Positions 8,340-20,808 of a DNA stretch of 64,000 bases are shown here, in pieces. Under the pieces are notes generated by a model. It was not told the origin of the DNA. It was given only the letters and a program-made list of their open reading frames with translations, and searched no databases. This DNA comes from Lobosporangium transversale (Eukaryota): the NCBI RefSeq assembly GCF_002105155.1, contig NW_019029016.1, positions 62,001 to 126,000 of the forward strand. The letters run 5' to 3'. Within the stretch, counting starts at the first letter, position 1; the number at the start of each line of letters is the position of its first letter. A program made the position numbers and the translations under genes.

Positions 8340-8950
8340 CAAGCCCTCGCAACTCCTTGAAGGGGGATCATTGTAGTAGCTCTAGAGAGCCTCTAGCCTC
8401 TGGACCTTACTTTGATCCGAGTGCCTTTGGGGATTTCGCGTAGGTAACAGATGACACACAGTTGTGGTCATCCAAGTATGGTAAGTCAGTAGCAGTGGCC
8501 TGTTTACTAGGCCTATAGAGCTCGAGTCTCGGCCCTCAAGGAGGTCCCCCCTCCAGCAGGATCAGGATCAGGACCAGGATCAGGATCAGGTGTTATCGAG
8601 GCCTGATAACACCTCAGGTAAGTATACATGCGCATACATAGCAAGGAGCATATTAACTTGATTCTATCATTGCTTTTGTTCTCTCTGTTTAGGTGGGATC
8701 TTGGCAACTCGGAGCTCTATAGTGTTTAGTAAATAGTTCATTGTTACTGACATCATACTTAGATCACCCCAATTAGCGAAGCTGCACCAGGCGCCTGGCT
8801 GTAGTGTGTAGTGCATGGCGTAGAGGCGTCATGTTGTGTGACCTGTTACCTGCCGTCTGAACCAAAGGTACTCTGGTCATAGTAAGGCTTCATTGGCTAG
8901 TCGTTCGATAGACTATTGCAATGAGACCTCTGCTTGGAGAAGCGAGAGCA
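8340..8950. repeat. Degenerate long inverted repeat with central hairpin and (CAGGAT)n
   Basis: Arms ~8400-8535 and ~8700-8890 (e.g. CCTTACTTTGATCCGAGTGCCTTTGG vs CCAAAGGTACTCTGGTCATAGTAAGG). AGGTGTTATC/GATAACACCT at 8588-8614. Confidence 0.6.
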
Positions 8951-9240
8951 AGGGTCATAAGGGGAGTAGAGGGCCTTGAGGCATAAAACTAGATCGAAGA
9001 GCACCATGCTTCGAATGCGGCTTGGAGCGCAGGGCCAACAGAAAGCAGACAGCAGCCGAGGGCCGAAAGCCGATAGTCAAGAGCCAGCAGTCAGCGGTCA
9101 ACACCAACATCCAATAGCAGAAAAAAAAAAAAAAGCAAATAACCAAAACACAAAACAAAGAACAAAAAAAAAAAAAAGATAAAAAAAAAGATAAAAACCG
9201 AAACATAGAGCGCCTGGAGAAATAGCCTCAGAGCTAATAA

Positions 9241-9670
9241 ACAGCCAACAGCCAACAGCCAACAGCCAACAGCCAACGGCCAACAGTTAAGAGCCAACGG
9301 TCATATAAAAACCCCCAAAAAACCCCCAAAAAAAACCAAAAAAAAAAAAAAAAAAAAAAAAAAACTTCAAATGAAAATAAAAAAAAAAGAATAAAAACTT
9401 CAAAAGAAAAAAAAAAAAAAAAAAAAAACCCCCCGAAGCCAGAAGCCAGAAGCCAGAAGCCAAAGTCAGAAGCCAGAATCCAAATGCGAGAAGCCAAATG
9501 CCAGAAGTCGGAAGTCAAAAGACCGAAGCCAGAAGCCAAAAGGCAGAACCCAGAAGCCAGAAGCCAGAAGCCAAATGCCAGAACCCAGAACCCAGAAGCC
9601 AGAAGCCAAATGCCAGAACCCAGAACCCAGAAGTCAAAAGCCAGAAGCCAGGAACCAAAAGTCAGAACCA
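9241..9670. repeat. Heptamer tandem arrays (ACAGCCA)n and (AGAAGCC)n separated by A-tracts
   Basis: Directly visible at 9241-9300 and 9434-9670. Confidence 0.9.
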
Positions 9671-9700
9671 AAAATCAGCAGATAGCAGTCACGTCACTGC

Positions 9701-9731
<31 letters not shown>

Positions 9732-11716
9732 ACCAGCTCACTCCACTCAACCAAAAGAAACCTCATTGAAAGCCAGCCAAGGCCCAAAGTCGGTAGACGG
9801 TTGGCTCTGTCATAGCAGCTAGAGACTCCCTCATCAAAATTAAAGACAGAAAACCTTAGTCAAAGCAATCGAAGGCAGCCAGGCAACCACAATCAATCAA
9901 ACACAGTTTGCTGCAATCAAGGAAATCAAAGACTACCAAAGCCAAAGCCAAAGTCGATCAAGGGCAACCTATAAGAGTCCCGATAATCAAAGGCAGTCAA
10001 CCAAGGGAAGCTAACCCAAAGCCAGGCCACTAGGGCCAGTCAACCAAGGTTTCCAAGGCCAGTTAGCCAAGGCGCCATCAAAGAATATGCTAAAAAGCAA
10101 CATCAAAAGAATCCAAGCCGACTAGGAAATGTTCGGTTCATGCAAACGTACCATGGGCATCACCGCTCTTGGGCCAGGATGCAGCTTGGAAACCACAGCA
10201 TAGTAAACAATTAACAATAAATATTAAAAGGCAAGATCAGACACAATGATCTTTGTCTTTTGTCTGAAAATGTGATGGATCTGTGACTATTGTGAATGCG
10301 AAATAGGAATAGAATGTTGGTAGCGATAATCAATAGTAAAGCCAATGGATTAAGCTGTGCCAGCTATCGGTAGCAAGCTACTCGGTAATATATAGCTGGC
10401 TATATACTTACATCCACTCATCAACGGCCTTGAAGAGCAACCCAATCAAGCACATGAATACCTTAGTGGAGTTGTGGACGTGTATTGTTACAGGCGCTTA
10501 CCGTGTTACAGTGCGTTCACATTTGCACTGTCTGTGGCCTCATTGACTACAGCAGTTAGTAAAGGAGACCATCTTCTTTATCCTCTTCTTCTATTCTCTT
10601 TCTTCACTCTTAACAAGAGATGGGATAGACTATGTGGGAACTATACTTTGGCAGATTATACCTCAGATAGAGCAAAGTGAGACACATCAAACAATTACTA
10701 CTTCCGCTGCAAAGGCTACGACAGACGCGCCACGGGATCGGGATGCTGTAGAGACTGGACTGTAGAAGGTGCTACCGGTTCACAGGACAGATGTTGATGA
10801 ATATGAAGCAAAGCTTCGACAGAAATTGGAGTTGATTGAACAAGAACAGAAGATGTTGCAAGAAGAGGTGTTGAGACGGAAGAGAATAGTAATGGAAAAG
10901 GCAATTCAGGAGAAGACAGTATGACATTGATAATGAGCCCTTTTATATAATAAACCATTTTTCCTATTCATTATAACCGAAAGTAGTTTATGGAGTCAAA
11001 TTCACTGTGAACTTGGTCTCGAAATGAATGAACTGACCTTCACAAAAGAAGTATTTTAAAATATGAAACTTAAAGTCACAAATATTGGCGCACATGACAT
11101 CAAATTTATGCTCTATTTGACAGTATTCAAGAGATGTCAGGGTGTCATAATATCGTTCAAGTTCGTGTTTTGCATATGTTTTATCCATCCTTATTAGAAA
11201 AGAGGAAAGGGGAACAGACTTCAGTTTTTCGGCTTGTGCCTTCACTTCCACCGAGAACGGCTAGCGTCTTTTGCTAATACTTTTTTTGGTCATGGTGTTT
11301 ATATAATTGTCTGAATAAAGAGTGAAGACGTAATTTGGTTATTGGTATCATGTGCGCCAATATATGATGTGACTTTAAATTTCACCATCATTTTTGGGAC
11401 CAACTTTAGCTTTCGACTATAAAAGTTAAAAAATTAACATCTTGACTCTTCTCACTTGTTCCACTTTGTTAAAATTTGCCACCATCTTGTTGTCCACAAT
11501 CTCAACTGTTTTCTAAAACGCACTTCTTTGTCACCAAGCCTTTTATTTCAAACAAATAGTCTCTCGTTCTTTTCACTGCGATCCCCTTGACTAAAGATTC
11601 CTCTATTCTTCTTATCTTTCCCTTTCTTGTTTTTTTTCTTTTCTTTTTTTACTTTTTTTCACTTTTTTCCACTTTTTTTCACTTTCTTTCGTACACGCGA
11701 CTTACACCGAGAAATA

Positions 11717-14700
11717 ATGGATTCCATTACAAACAAAAAGAGAAAAGCAGAAATCACGATACTAGACGCAACGTCTACTACCAAAACCTCTCCATCTTCA
11801 CCTTCCCCCAAGAGCCGTCGGGTGACGTCGACTGGCGATATTAACGATAACGATAGTACTAACGACAGCAACAACAACAGACCTGTAGAGGAGTCAGAAG
11901 TGTCCGCATCATCACAGCCATCGAATATTGCGTCATCATCTAAAAGCTCGAAGCGGACGTCTAGAGAAGACCGACGCCAGTCAACGGACGAGCCGGAAGG
12001 CATTTCAGCCACAGCACCCACCGCAGCACCTCAAGAATCACCAAACAACAATGTTCAAGAAAGCCATAGTGCACCACCAAGTGGTGTATCCCATAAGCCT
12101 TTGGTGGCAACTGATGTTCCTGTTTCTTTACCCACTCAGATTGCTGTCGTAAAAGTTTCTTCAAGCAAACGCGCCGCATTCCCCCCTTACAAACAGAAGT
12201 CTCTATTGTCGATCCCCAACGCGGCGTCTGCTCCCAAATTGAAAGGGATTCTTAAGTCACCATCTTCGACGCGCGGTTTGAACCGAGACCATGAGCTTGA
12301 CAGCACTAAAATGAGAAACCCTTTTGTTGTAACTACAGGGAGCGATTATTCGGAGAGAGAACCCTTTGTAAAGGAAGCTCTTAAGTCACTGCAGTCTGAG
12401 GATGCTCAAATACGCTCGTCAGCCTACCTTAACTTGCAGGCCAAGTTCAGAGAGGGTGATGAAAACCCTTTCTATCTGAAGGAAGTGGAAGAGTCATTGG
12501 GATGGTTTGCGAGGTATCTCATTAGGGATTTAGATCTTTGTAGCCCTCCGAATTTGATTCAGGCGACACTAAAGTGTACAGGCTACTTTCTTTTCAACCA
12601 GACAATTGTCGCGTTGTTTACTTCAAAAGAAATCGAGGCTCTACTTGTACGAATCTTAAATTTGGTCAATGCAGCGGATGAGAAACCAACTTGTAATTTG
12701 GCAATATGGGCTCTCTACTCTACCAGAATCCCTCAAAGACTCTTGTTTCCGTTCCTCCCGCATATGATCGAGGCCTTCTTGGATAATCTGGAGTCCCGAT
12801 TCAAGTCGCCAAGTATTACGAGTGGATCCCTAGGAGGCATGTTTACCGTATTTACACAATTTCCTAATGAAATCGTGGTAACAGTCCAATCATGGCTCAT
12901 GCCTGTACTTACGACACTAATATCACCCATTCCTGGTATCCGGTCAAGAGCGTTGGAGCTGTTGAAAATGACGATCCCTAAGTTGACTGAAAAGGAGGAT
13001 CCAAGGCGAATACAGGCCGTCAACGAATTCATGGATGATTATAGCACTGAGTTCCTTGAGGTTTTGACAGCAAACTTTCTGGATGCTAATGATGGTAAGA
13101 CGATACGGACTTTTTTTTTCTTCTTCTTCAATGTTAAAAAGGATGTCTGATTAATATTTAAGAGTTTCTCTTGTAACTTTAGAGGTTTACGCCATCACTG
13201 TCTGGGGCACTCTAGTCACATTAATGGGAAAGAGACTACAAGAAAGTCCATTGCTCAACCCCATGCTAAAGATAGTGGAGGTAATATAATCGGCAATAAT
13301 GGTGTTGCATTATGACACATCCTTGAACTATTCTAACTTTTTTTTTTTTTTTTTTGTTTATCCTTCTTCACTTTTTACGCATATAATGCTTTGATCTCGA
13401 CATATCTACCGCAAATAGAAATGTTTTAATTCGACATCATCCGTGAGGACAGAAATCAACATGGCCGCGTTTCAAGCATGGACGTAAGCCAAGGACTCGA
13501 AGAACTGTTTTTTTTTTATTTTTTTTTTTTCCGCTCCAAATAATGGCTGATGCAATGTTTGAAACTAACATTTTATTTTTATTTTTTGTTTTTTATTAGG
13601 CGACTCATATATAATTTTGCTATTGGCGGATATATCGCAAACGAAAAGCCTCTTAAACTAATGCTTACCCCATTCGCAAACTGGTAGGTTTTGCTTCGCA
13701 CTTATGCTTTGTCCATCCAATACCTTGAGTCTTCGCCCCAAAAGGGAAAACTTTATGTGGACTCTAATATCCATCATTATTGTTGCTCTTGTCCCTGTTT
13801 TAGCCTTTTTAACGAAAGGCAGAAGCGCATTCGACTAGCATGTTTCAACACCTGGATATCCCTTATTTATGCCCTCGGTTCCAGGCTATCAAAGGTATGT
13901 TGAGACATATTTCGAGCAGAAGTTCAGTGCTACTAATTTGAGGACAAAAAATGTGATCTCTAACGAGCTATCTTCATCTTGCGCTTATCACAGTACGCAG
14001 ATCAGGTCCTATTTCCGCAGCTGAAGCTTGCGATTGTGGACGAGTCTGAGCATGTCCGTGACCTCGCGCTCAGACTCATTGCGGCACTGGTCTCTAACTC
14101 TGGCGGCCAAGGTATGGAGCGTTGATAACTGCTAGTAAACAATATAATAGCTAGTTCAAAAAGATAGTTTTAATATCGCTGGCAATTAACTGTAGTCTTA
14201 ATACTTCGGTAGACCTTGTGGAAGGGCGCCAGAGTATAGTACCTGGATCAATCACATTTTCGGATCTAGGCTGTGCAGAGGCATCTTGGGTCCGTACGGA
14301 CTTGCTGGATAATTGTCTGGACTGTGTTTACCAAACTGTTGGGCTACAACATAGGATTCAGGAAGCAGCACGCGAAGATTGGAAGATACTTGGATTGACG
14401 GAGCTACCTCTGCTTACGCAGCGGTGTGCGACGACTTGGGAAACCATCGTGAGAGCCATCCGAGATATCAATCTGCAAGAGCAAGGTACGGTCTTGTGCT
14501 ATTCATTGCTCAATATCTGAACCTTCAATGGCCAAATGATACGAGGGGAAAATAGATGTAGTCTAACGAATGACAGCGCCCTCAATTCTTATGCAAGGTA
14601 TGAGAGCCACTGCTGAGGCAGATCGTGCTCTGTCATCACTGCTATTTTTTGTAGAAAAATTGTCACGGCGCAACCCGGAAGCACTCATTCCTGGCGAATG

Positions 14701-15082
14701 GCCGAACTGTGACCCTGAGAAGCTTGCACTATTGAAACACGATACAGAATCGACAGGATACATCATTCGAGCGGACATGATATACTATTTCTTTACTTGT
14801 GTTATTGAGATTTTTTCTCCCAGAACGCTTATGTTTGCTCAATACCAAGTTCGAGACAAAATTCATGACAATATTTATAATGCCGTCTATCCTGTTTCTG
14901 AACCAACATCACAGACAAGTGGTGTGGTCTCGCTTCCTAAAAACGAGAGCCTAAGAAGTGGTGTCATCTTATCGCCGTTCGAATTCATTCTCAAGACCTG
15001 GCTGGCAACAGGTGAATCAGTCATCGGGACTGCATTAGAGGCTCCATTCTGGAAAGCCATATCAGCCTCTGTGGAGTTTTAA
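11717..15082 (+). pseudogene. RIF1: Rif1-like gene (N-terminal HEAT/Rif1_N region), multi-exon, apparently truncated
   Basis: KGILK (SILK/GILK-type motif) followed by helical repeats. Spliced exons (11717-13094, 13183-13280, 13419-13483, 13600-13683, 13804-13893, 13994-14111, 14213-14484, 14598-15082; approximate) give VWG.LV.L...KIVEKCFNS...AFQAWTRLIYN, recognised as Rif1_N-like. TAA at 15080-15082. Confidence 0.68.
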
Positions 15083-16519
15083 ACTAAAGGGATCAATGCC
15101 CTCGGTCCGCTGTACAGGTGTTTGGATCATATTGAGGACTGTTGCATATTTCGTCTAATGGCATATCTGATCGCACGTACAAGAGGATAGCATTTTTTAC
15201 ATTCCTAACACTGCAGCCCTCCAGCCCTCCAGCCCACATAAAAAGGATTTCGATTTTATATATAGAAAATGAATGAATAAATACTCGGATAATGTGGTGC
15301 TGCAATCCATATTCAATTCTCACTTATCTTTTAACTTCCGGTTATTATTTTCCAAGGACGTTCGAATGAAGAGATATACCACAAACACCAGTATTTGGCC
15401 TGAGTATTCCAATGATCCAAATACGCCAACGGCATTCCGCGTGTTCCAGTATAAATTCTGGGCTATAATCTGTAAGCAACATGAATATACTCAATATTAC
15501 ACAGTCGTCTTTTTCTTTGTTGAAACTTTCTGGCCAAGTTCTCGTTTTTCAATTTTTCTCTTCTTTGTGAAATGTAGCATAAAAACTTAAGGCAATTATC
15601 AGTAGAACTAGCCAGGTTGTAGATGGTACGGTGATAGGGTATGAGCAGGCTTATGTGAACTTTATCAAAATACATTTATGATCCTGAGTGATCCTAATGA
15701 CATCAAACGAGATATACCCGGCATGGATTACAGTCAACCCATGTTGGACAGCCAAGGTCCAGTGATAACACAAATGGTTCAGTACATGGAGACATTTAAG
15801 GCCATCTCTTAACCTACTTGAACTGAGCTGCTGCAGATTTTTTATAGAGTCGCACAACATAAATGGGGTCGTGCTAACGATGGAATGAATACATTAGCTA
15901 CTCAGATCCGGGAGCTGTACAGCAGGAGACAGCCATTTGTTTGGATTCAGTCATTTAGCGTGGCATGCATTAGGAACATTTTCGATATATTAGTGTTGCA
16001 GAGGTATCTTGAGAATTGTCATGTGCTATTTTCTATCACACTCTGGAAAAACAGCAATCTGCCAAAGTATAGTTTCCACATAGTCTATGCTATCTCTTGT
16101 TAAGAGTGAAGAAAGAGAAATAGAAGAAGAGGGTAAAGAAGATGGTCTCATTTACCAACAAGAGTAAATAGCTCGAGATCAATGTAGCTCATGCTCTGGT
16201 TGGTTGTGGACAGGCCTTTATTGCGAGCCTTGCAGACAGAGTGTTTTCCCCATCTCTAATCGTGAGAGTCTCTTCATTATCATTTGAAATGTGACAGATG
16301 ATCAATGACACGTATATTTTATTTTATCTTTTATCTTGTTGTTTATCTTTTATTTTGTTTATCTTCTATTGGAGTGTACAGCAAACAAGGTACTTATTAC
16401 GCCACGCTTTTGAAATCCTTTCACCACTCGTTCCTTCTCCTCTTCTTTTGCGGACATGAGAAATAGTAAGAAAACGAACCTCTTCTTTTTTTCTCTCTTT
16501 CTCCTCGGTCGCCTCGACC

Positions 16520-16850
16520 ATCAGCCTTCTCAGTCAAGACAAAAGGTAAGCAACACTCTCCAAACACTCACTCCTACTGAAGTTCTAAAGACTATCGCTC
16601 TGTGCTCTACTGCTCTTGTTCTGATGTTTCTTTTCCTGTCTATCTCTTTCTTTTCATTCCATGACTAGACTGTAAACGACATAAATCCACCTAAGCCAAC
16701 TAGGGCTCGATAGCTCGCAGTGAGGCTACCGCATCCAAACAAACAGCCGCACTTAAATAAACAGCTGCCGCCGCACTTAAACAAACAGCCACTGTACCCA
16801 AATAGCCGCACCTGAACAAGCTGCGTACTCAAACAACCCCGCACAAACGG
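16520..16850 (+). repeat. Dispersed repeat homologous to ~7620-7800, followed by a short AAACAAACAGCCGCACTT-like tandem array
   Basis: Shared AAAGGTAAGCAACACTC...GTTCTGA...CCTGTCTATCTCT...TAGAC block. Tandem units at 16737-16842. Confidence 0.6.
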
Positions 16851-17396
16851 TCCGACTGTCACATTCGAGCAGCCAGCCCGCCTCCTAATATTCACATAAA
16901 CATACTCTATTCATACCTCATATCTCTTTTTTCCCATTGAATAAACACCATCCTGCGTTCTGCACCATCCATTCTCTTTTATCTTTTTTTTTTTTTTAAG
17001 AAGCCCTTGTCTCTATAATCAGCTCGTCCTTTAACAGTACCCACTTATCAGCACGACTCAGCAACGAGTCAAGTATCGATCTACAAATATAAGGTAGCTA
17101 CATGTAATAAGCATAACAACACCGTTTCCGAGATGTGATGTTACCAACTTTGCCACCACTTTACATCATTGTGCAATTTTTTATTTTTTTTTCCTTATGT
17201 TACTGAGAAAAAAAGTACAAGGTGTTGAGGTTATAATATTGAAATCTAAAGACTAAAGGCTTTGGAACCATCAAGGCGCCTGTCATGAAAACAAAAATAA
17301 AGAAAATCTAACTTTTGTTTAAATCTATTGGCATTTTCATAGCATCTGTTGCCTCTATCAAAAGGGTCGTTATTGACCTATTGTTTGGATTTATAT

Positions 17397-19433
17397 TCAG
17401 CACAAGTGTAGTGACAGTGTTATATGATATTGCAAGCTGTCCACCCTCTCTCCCTCTCTGTATCCAACAATAGAAACATCACCCTTGAGTTCATTGGGAA
17501 TTGCACAATTCTTTGGAAGAAGCGGCCATTTCGAAAACGGCATTGTTTTGGTTTCAATAAAGACAGGAGGCATCATTATTTCCAATTATTCCCATGCACT
17601 GATGGATTAGTTGAGGTAAGCATTATTCGCTCCGCAGCAGAAATGAACAAAAGATCCTTTTGCTTAAAGTAATTCTGTACAGCACGTAATACCAGCGGTT
17701 CATCCATGACAACTCGAGCATCTCCACCAAGGATCTTGATACGACCTAAAGCAGCTTCCACTAACAGCGCTTCATCCTCCAAGATAAAAGTACTCCCACC
17801 GAGAGATACCATCGATACATGGATAGCTCGAGTGTGTCCTCAATTGAAGAAAATGATGACAACTGTTCCAGGTGGTTCTTCATCTTGTTGGTCGTCCTGA
17901 CTAAAGAGTCGTACAAAGTTGTTGTTAGCTTTGTAAACATTGGCAATGATGACAATAGGTCTCAGTATTGGAATAAATAGAAAAAAATAATAATAGAAGA
18001 AGAGAAAAATAGAAAAAATAGAAAAATAAAAGAATAAAAGAATGGAAAATAGAAAAATAAAAATAAAAAAATTAAAAAAAAAACTTACTAAGTACCCCAA
18101 TTATGTTGCCACGACGTTCTTTATTATTCCATGATGATAACATGGCTTCTGTGTTGGTGAGGATAGTCTCCCACTTGGTTGAGTTATTAGTAGAGATGAT
18201 TCCCTCAATCGCGCCTAATAAAGATAAGCAAATCCAGTGGTAAATATATAAGCGGAAAATAAAATATATAAGTGAAAAGTATACATATATAATAAAGAGG
18301 AGCTTGGTACTTACTGACGATTGATCTAAATCTGCCGGTGAGTCTCTTGTACAACAACTTATTGCCTCTGGAGGAATCAACATATCAATCCTATGCTGCC
18401 AAGTTTCATCATGGAGCTGGTCCTTGATACGACTTATGAATGATCGAATAGAATCTTCATCTTGCCACCCTACAAATTCTAGATGGCTAATATAAGCCAA
18501 TGTAATATAAATAAAAAACATTAGAATCATTAGAACCAATGGCAAAGGGTATATGTCATTGAATATCCGCTTAATCAGCTTACGGAAACATGGGTGGGCC
18601 ATATTCTTTGACTCCGTTGCCCACTAACAAAATAGTAACAAGACTATGAATAACGGAAGCATTGAAGTAAGAATAGTCCATTCTGAAGTCTTTCCACGCC
18701 TCCATGCTCTAGCCAAACTGAGTACTCCATTTGTCGTTACAGGAAGCTCCATTGTTACTTTGACATATTTGTTGAGGAATGTTACTGCTGGCGAGTCATC
18801 GGTGAAGAAGCGAGTGGTGATCTTTTTGATTGTTGTCTCCAGGCCCTCTATGAAGTTAACTAAATTAGTTGTCTAATTAGCATCCCGATTATGCATCAGG
18901 TTTCTCGTCCACTGTGTACTTACGAGATGGTGAAGTTGGCCTGGATGGTGGTGACAAAGATAAACGGCTTGTCTGCGGCGCTTGAACAGCCGGAAAGCTA
19001 TATGCCGCTTTTTTTTTTTTTTTTTTTTAAATTAGTTAATTAGATGCGTTATCACTATAATCATTACTAAAAAACAATTCATGAGATAGATGTAATTACC
19101 AACTAATGGACGCTGAATGATGATGTGAATTGTCTTCTTTGTTGGTGTTGTGCCAAAGACTTCAGAGATATCGCTTGTAGGGTCTTCAAGTTCTTTCGGC
19201 TTATTGTCCTGTTCTTTGTTTAAATTGTAGGGAACAATTTGTCTCTTTGGTGATGAAGAAATAGAGACTTGAAAGAGAACAAGCTCATTTGCACGAATAT
19301 TGCCAAATACTGGTGATTGCTCTTCTTTGATTTTCTATTTGAGATGATCTACCGTCTTTGTCGGTAGAATGTCCATAGAGAATGCTGTGGTTTCACCATC
19401 GATAATGCAAAAGAGAGTAATTTCGTCCGACAT
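17397..19433 (-). pseudogene. Crinkler (CRN)-like effector pseudogene
   Basis: ATG at 19433: MSDEITLFCIIDGETTAFSMDI..TKTVDHLK*KIKE..F.NIRANELVLF..., ending HIIIQRP (fungal CRN ubiquitin-like N-terminus). In-frame TAG at 19335-19337; fragmented downstream exons (VVTGTSL-like, LVEAALGRI, DEPLVLRA). Confidence 0.8.
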
Positions 19434-19938
19434 TTGATGCAATGGAAGACTAAATAATAAATGGTTTGTGAGAATAAGTTACGTACACACGTATAGGAGC
19501 GAAAATTTAAGCCACCCCTCTATTAATTGTGTACGCGTCTCTATTTTTTTCGCTCTCTGAAACTATTTCTCTCTCTCTTTAAAAATACATCTCTCTGAAC
19601 GAGTATTTTTTTTCCTCTGAATAATACACCCTTCTATCTATATACTAAAGTCGAAATGGTTTCTCCCTTATCGTAATAACTCGTTTCATAGATCTTTGCT
19701 CTATTATATGATATATTTCATAGATCTTGCTCTATTATCACAGCGGGAGCCGACCTATAATGTGTCACTTCTTTTCTTTATTAATTCGCCGAAAATCCAG
19801 TCACTAAATAAAAATAAACAATTTTTTTTTTTTTTTTTTTTTTGCTACAAAACTATGGTGCCACAAAGATTGATCAGCATCTTCTTTTCTTTCGCCCTTC
19901 CGGAACACATCCACTGGCATACTTTAGAAGTTCCACTA

Positions 19939-20808
19939 ATGAGTGATATTGATATTGAAAACAACGATGACCGCAACATCGATAGTTCCATTAACATCCA
20001 TGACCTCCTGGTTCCTGAACCCCAGGCATATAACTTTATTCCAAACAAAGCCATTCTCGAACTTTTCCCAAATTTTGACAGAAAAGATTTCTTTGTCCCT
20101 GATCCAGAGAAAAAAGATCAGTATGAGGACCTTCGGGACACATTACAAACAACCATCGGCTCTTACCCCAAAAACAAGCTTCAGAAGTATTCTGCACCAC
20201 CTATTACCGACCTACCATGGCCCGACAGTGCCAAGTTACGGCAGCAGTTCGACTCTGATCTGGCGTTCATTCAATCCAAGCTGGCTATCCATACGCGCCC
20301 CTTGGACAAGTATGTCTTGGATGCCATGCAAGACGACAGTCGCTCCGACGAGTCCACGCTATCAGCCATTGAGGGAGTTTCCGATCTCATCGAGCATATC
20401 AAGCAGATTAGCCATTACATCCACGACCTCCGAGTGCAGAACCTTGAGAGAGCTCATGGTCTACAGCTGCTTACCAGGAAAAGCAATGCCAAGACACCGG
20501 CTGTGGACTCCCAATCCCTTTTGGAGAAAAAGAAGCTTCTGTTATCCATCAAACGAAACCTGTATTCCAACAGCACAGCACGCGGTTCGAACAGGAACAG
20601 GCATGATCGAAACAATAATTTCCCTAAAAATAGCGCTCAGAGCAGCTATTCTAATCAAGGTCAGAGCAATCAGTCGCAGAGCCAGCCTGATAGCAACAAC
20701 AACATCAGTGGCGGTAACCGGCATTTTTACAATGCCCGAGGCAACTCCAACAGGGGTCGCGAACGGGGTCGCGGCCGAGGGCATCAACAAACGACCGACC
20801 ACCAGTAG
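19939..20808 (+). CDS. Gag-like ORF1, DIRS A2 (likely start MSDIDIE at 19939)
   Basis: First ORF after the ITR. YPKN...YSAPP and ..TRPLD motifs shared with B gag; RGRGRG tail. Confidence 0.8.
   Translation: MSDIDIENNDDRNIDSSINIHDLLVPEPQAYNFIPNKAILELFPNFDRKDFFVPDPEKKDQYEDLRDTLQTTIGSYPKNKLQKYSAPPITDLPWPDSAKLRQQFDSDLAFIQSKLAIHTRPLDKYVLDAMQDDSRSDESTLSAIEGVSDLIEHIKQISHYIHDLRVQNLERAHGLQLLTRKSNAKTPAVDSQSLLEKKKLLLSIKRNLYSNSTARGSNRNRHDRNNNFPKNSAQSSYSNQGQSNQSQSQPDSNNNISGGNRHFYNARGNSNRGRERGRGRGHQQTTDHQ

Noticed and set aside
9234..9822. W/L-rich and K/P-rich ORFs
   Set aside because: Artefacts of 7-mer arrays and poly-A tracts.
10716..11251. Short minus-strand ORFs upstream of the Rif1-like gene
   Set aside because: No motif or convincing gene structure.
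9241..16850. CRISPR array or telomere repeats
   Set aside because: No constant repeat with unique spacers and no TTAGGG-type array; the context is eukaryotic.
19696..19938. N-terminal extensions of gag ORFs in the ORF track (also 6390-6605 and 46067-46240)
   Set aside because: They run through ITRs and homopolymer tracts from non-AUG starts and differ between copies.
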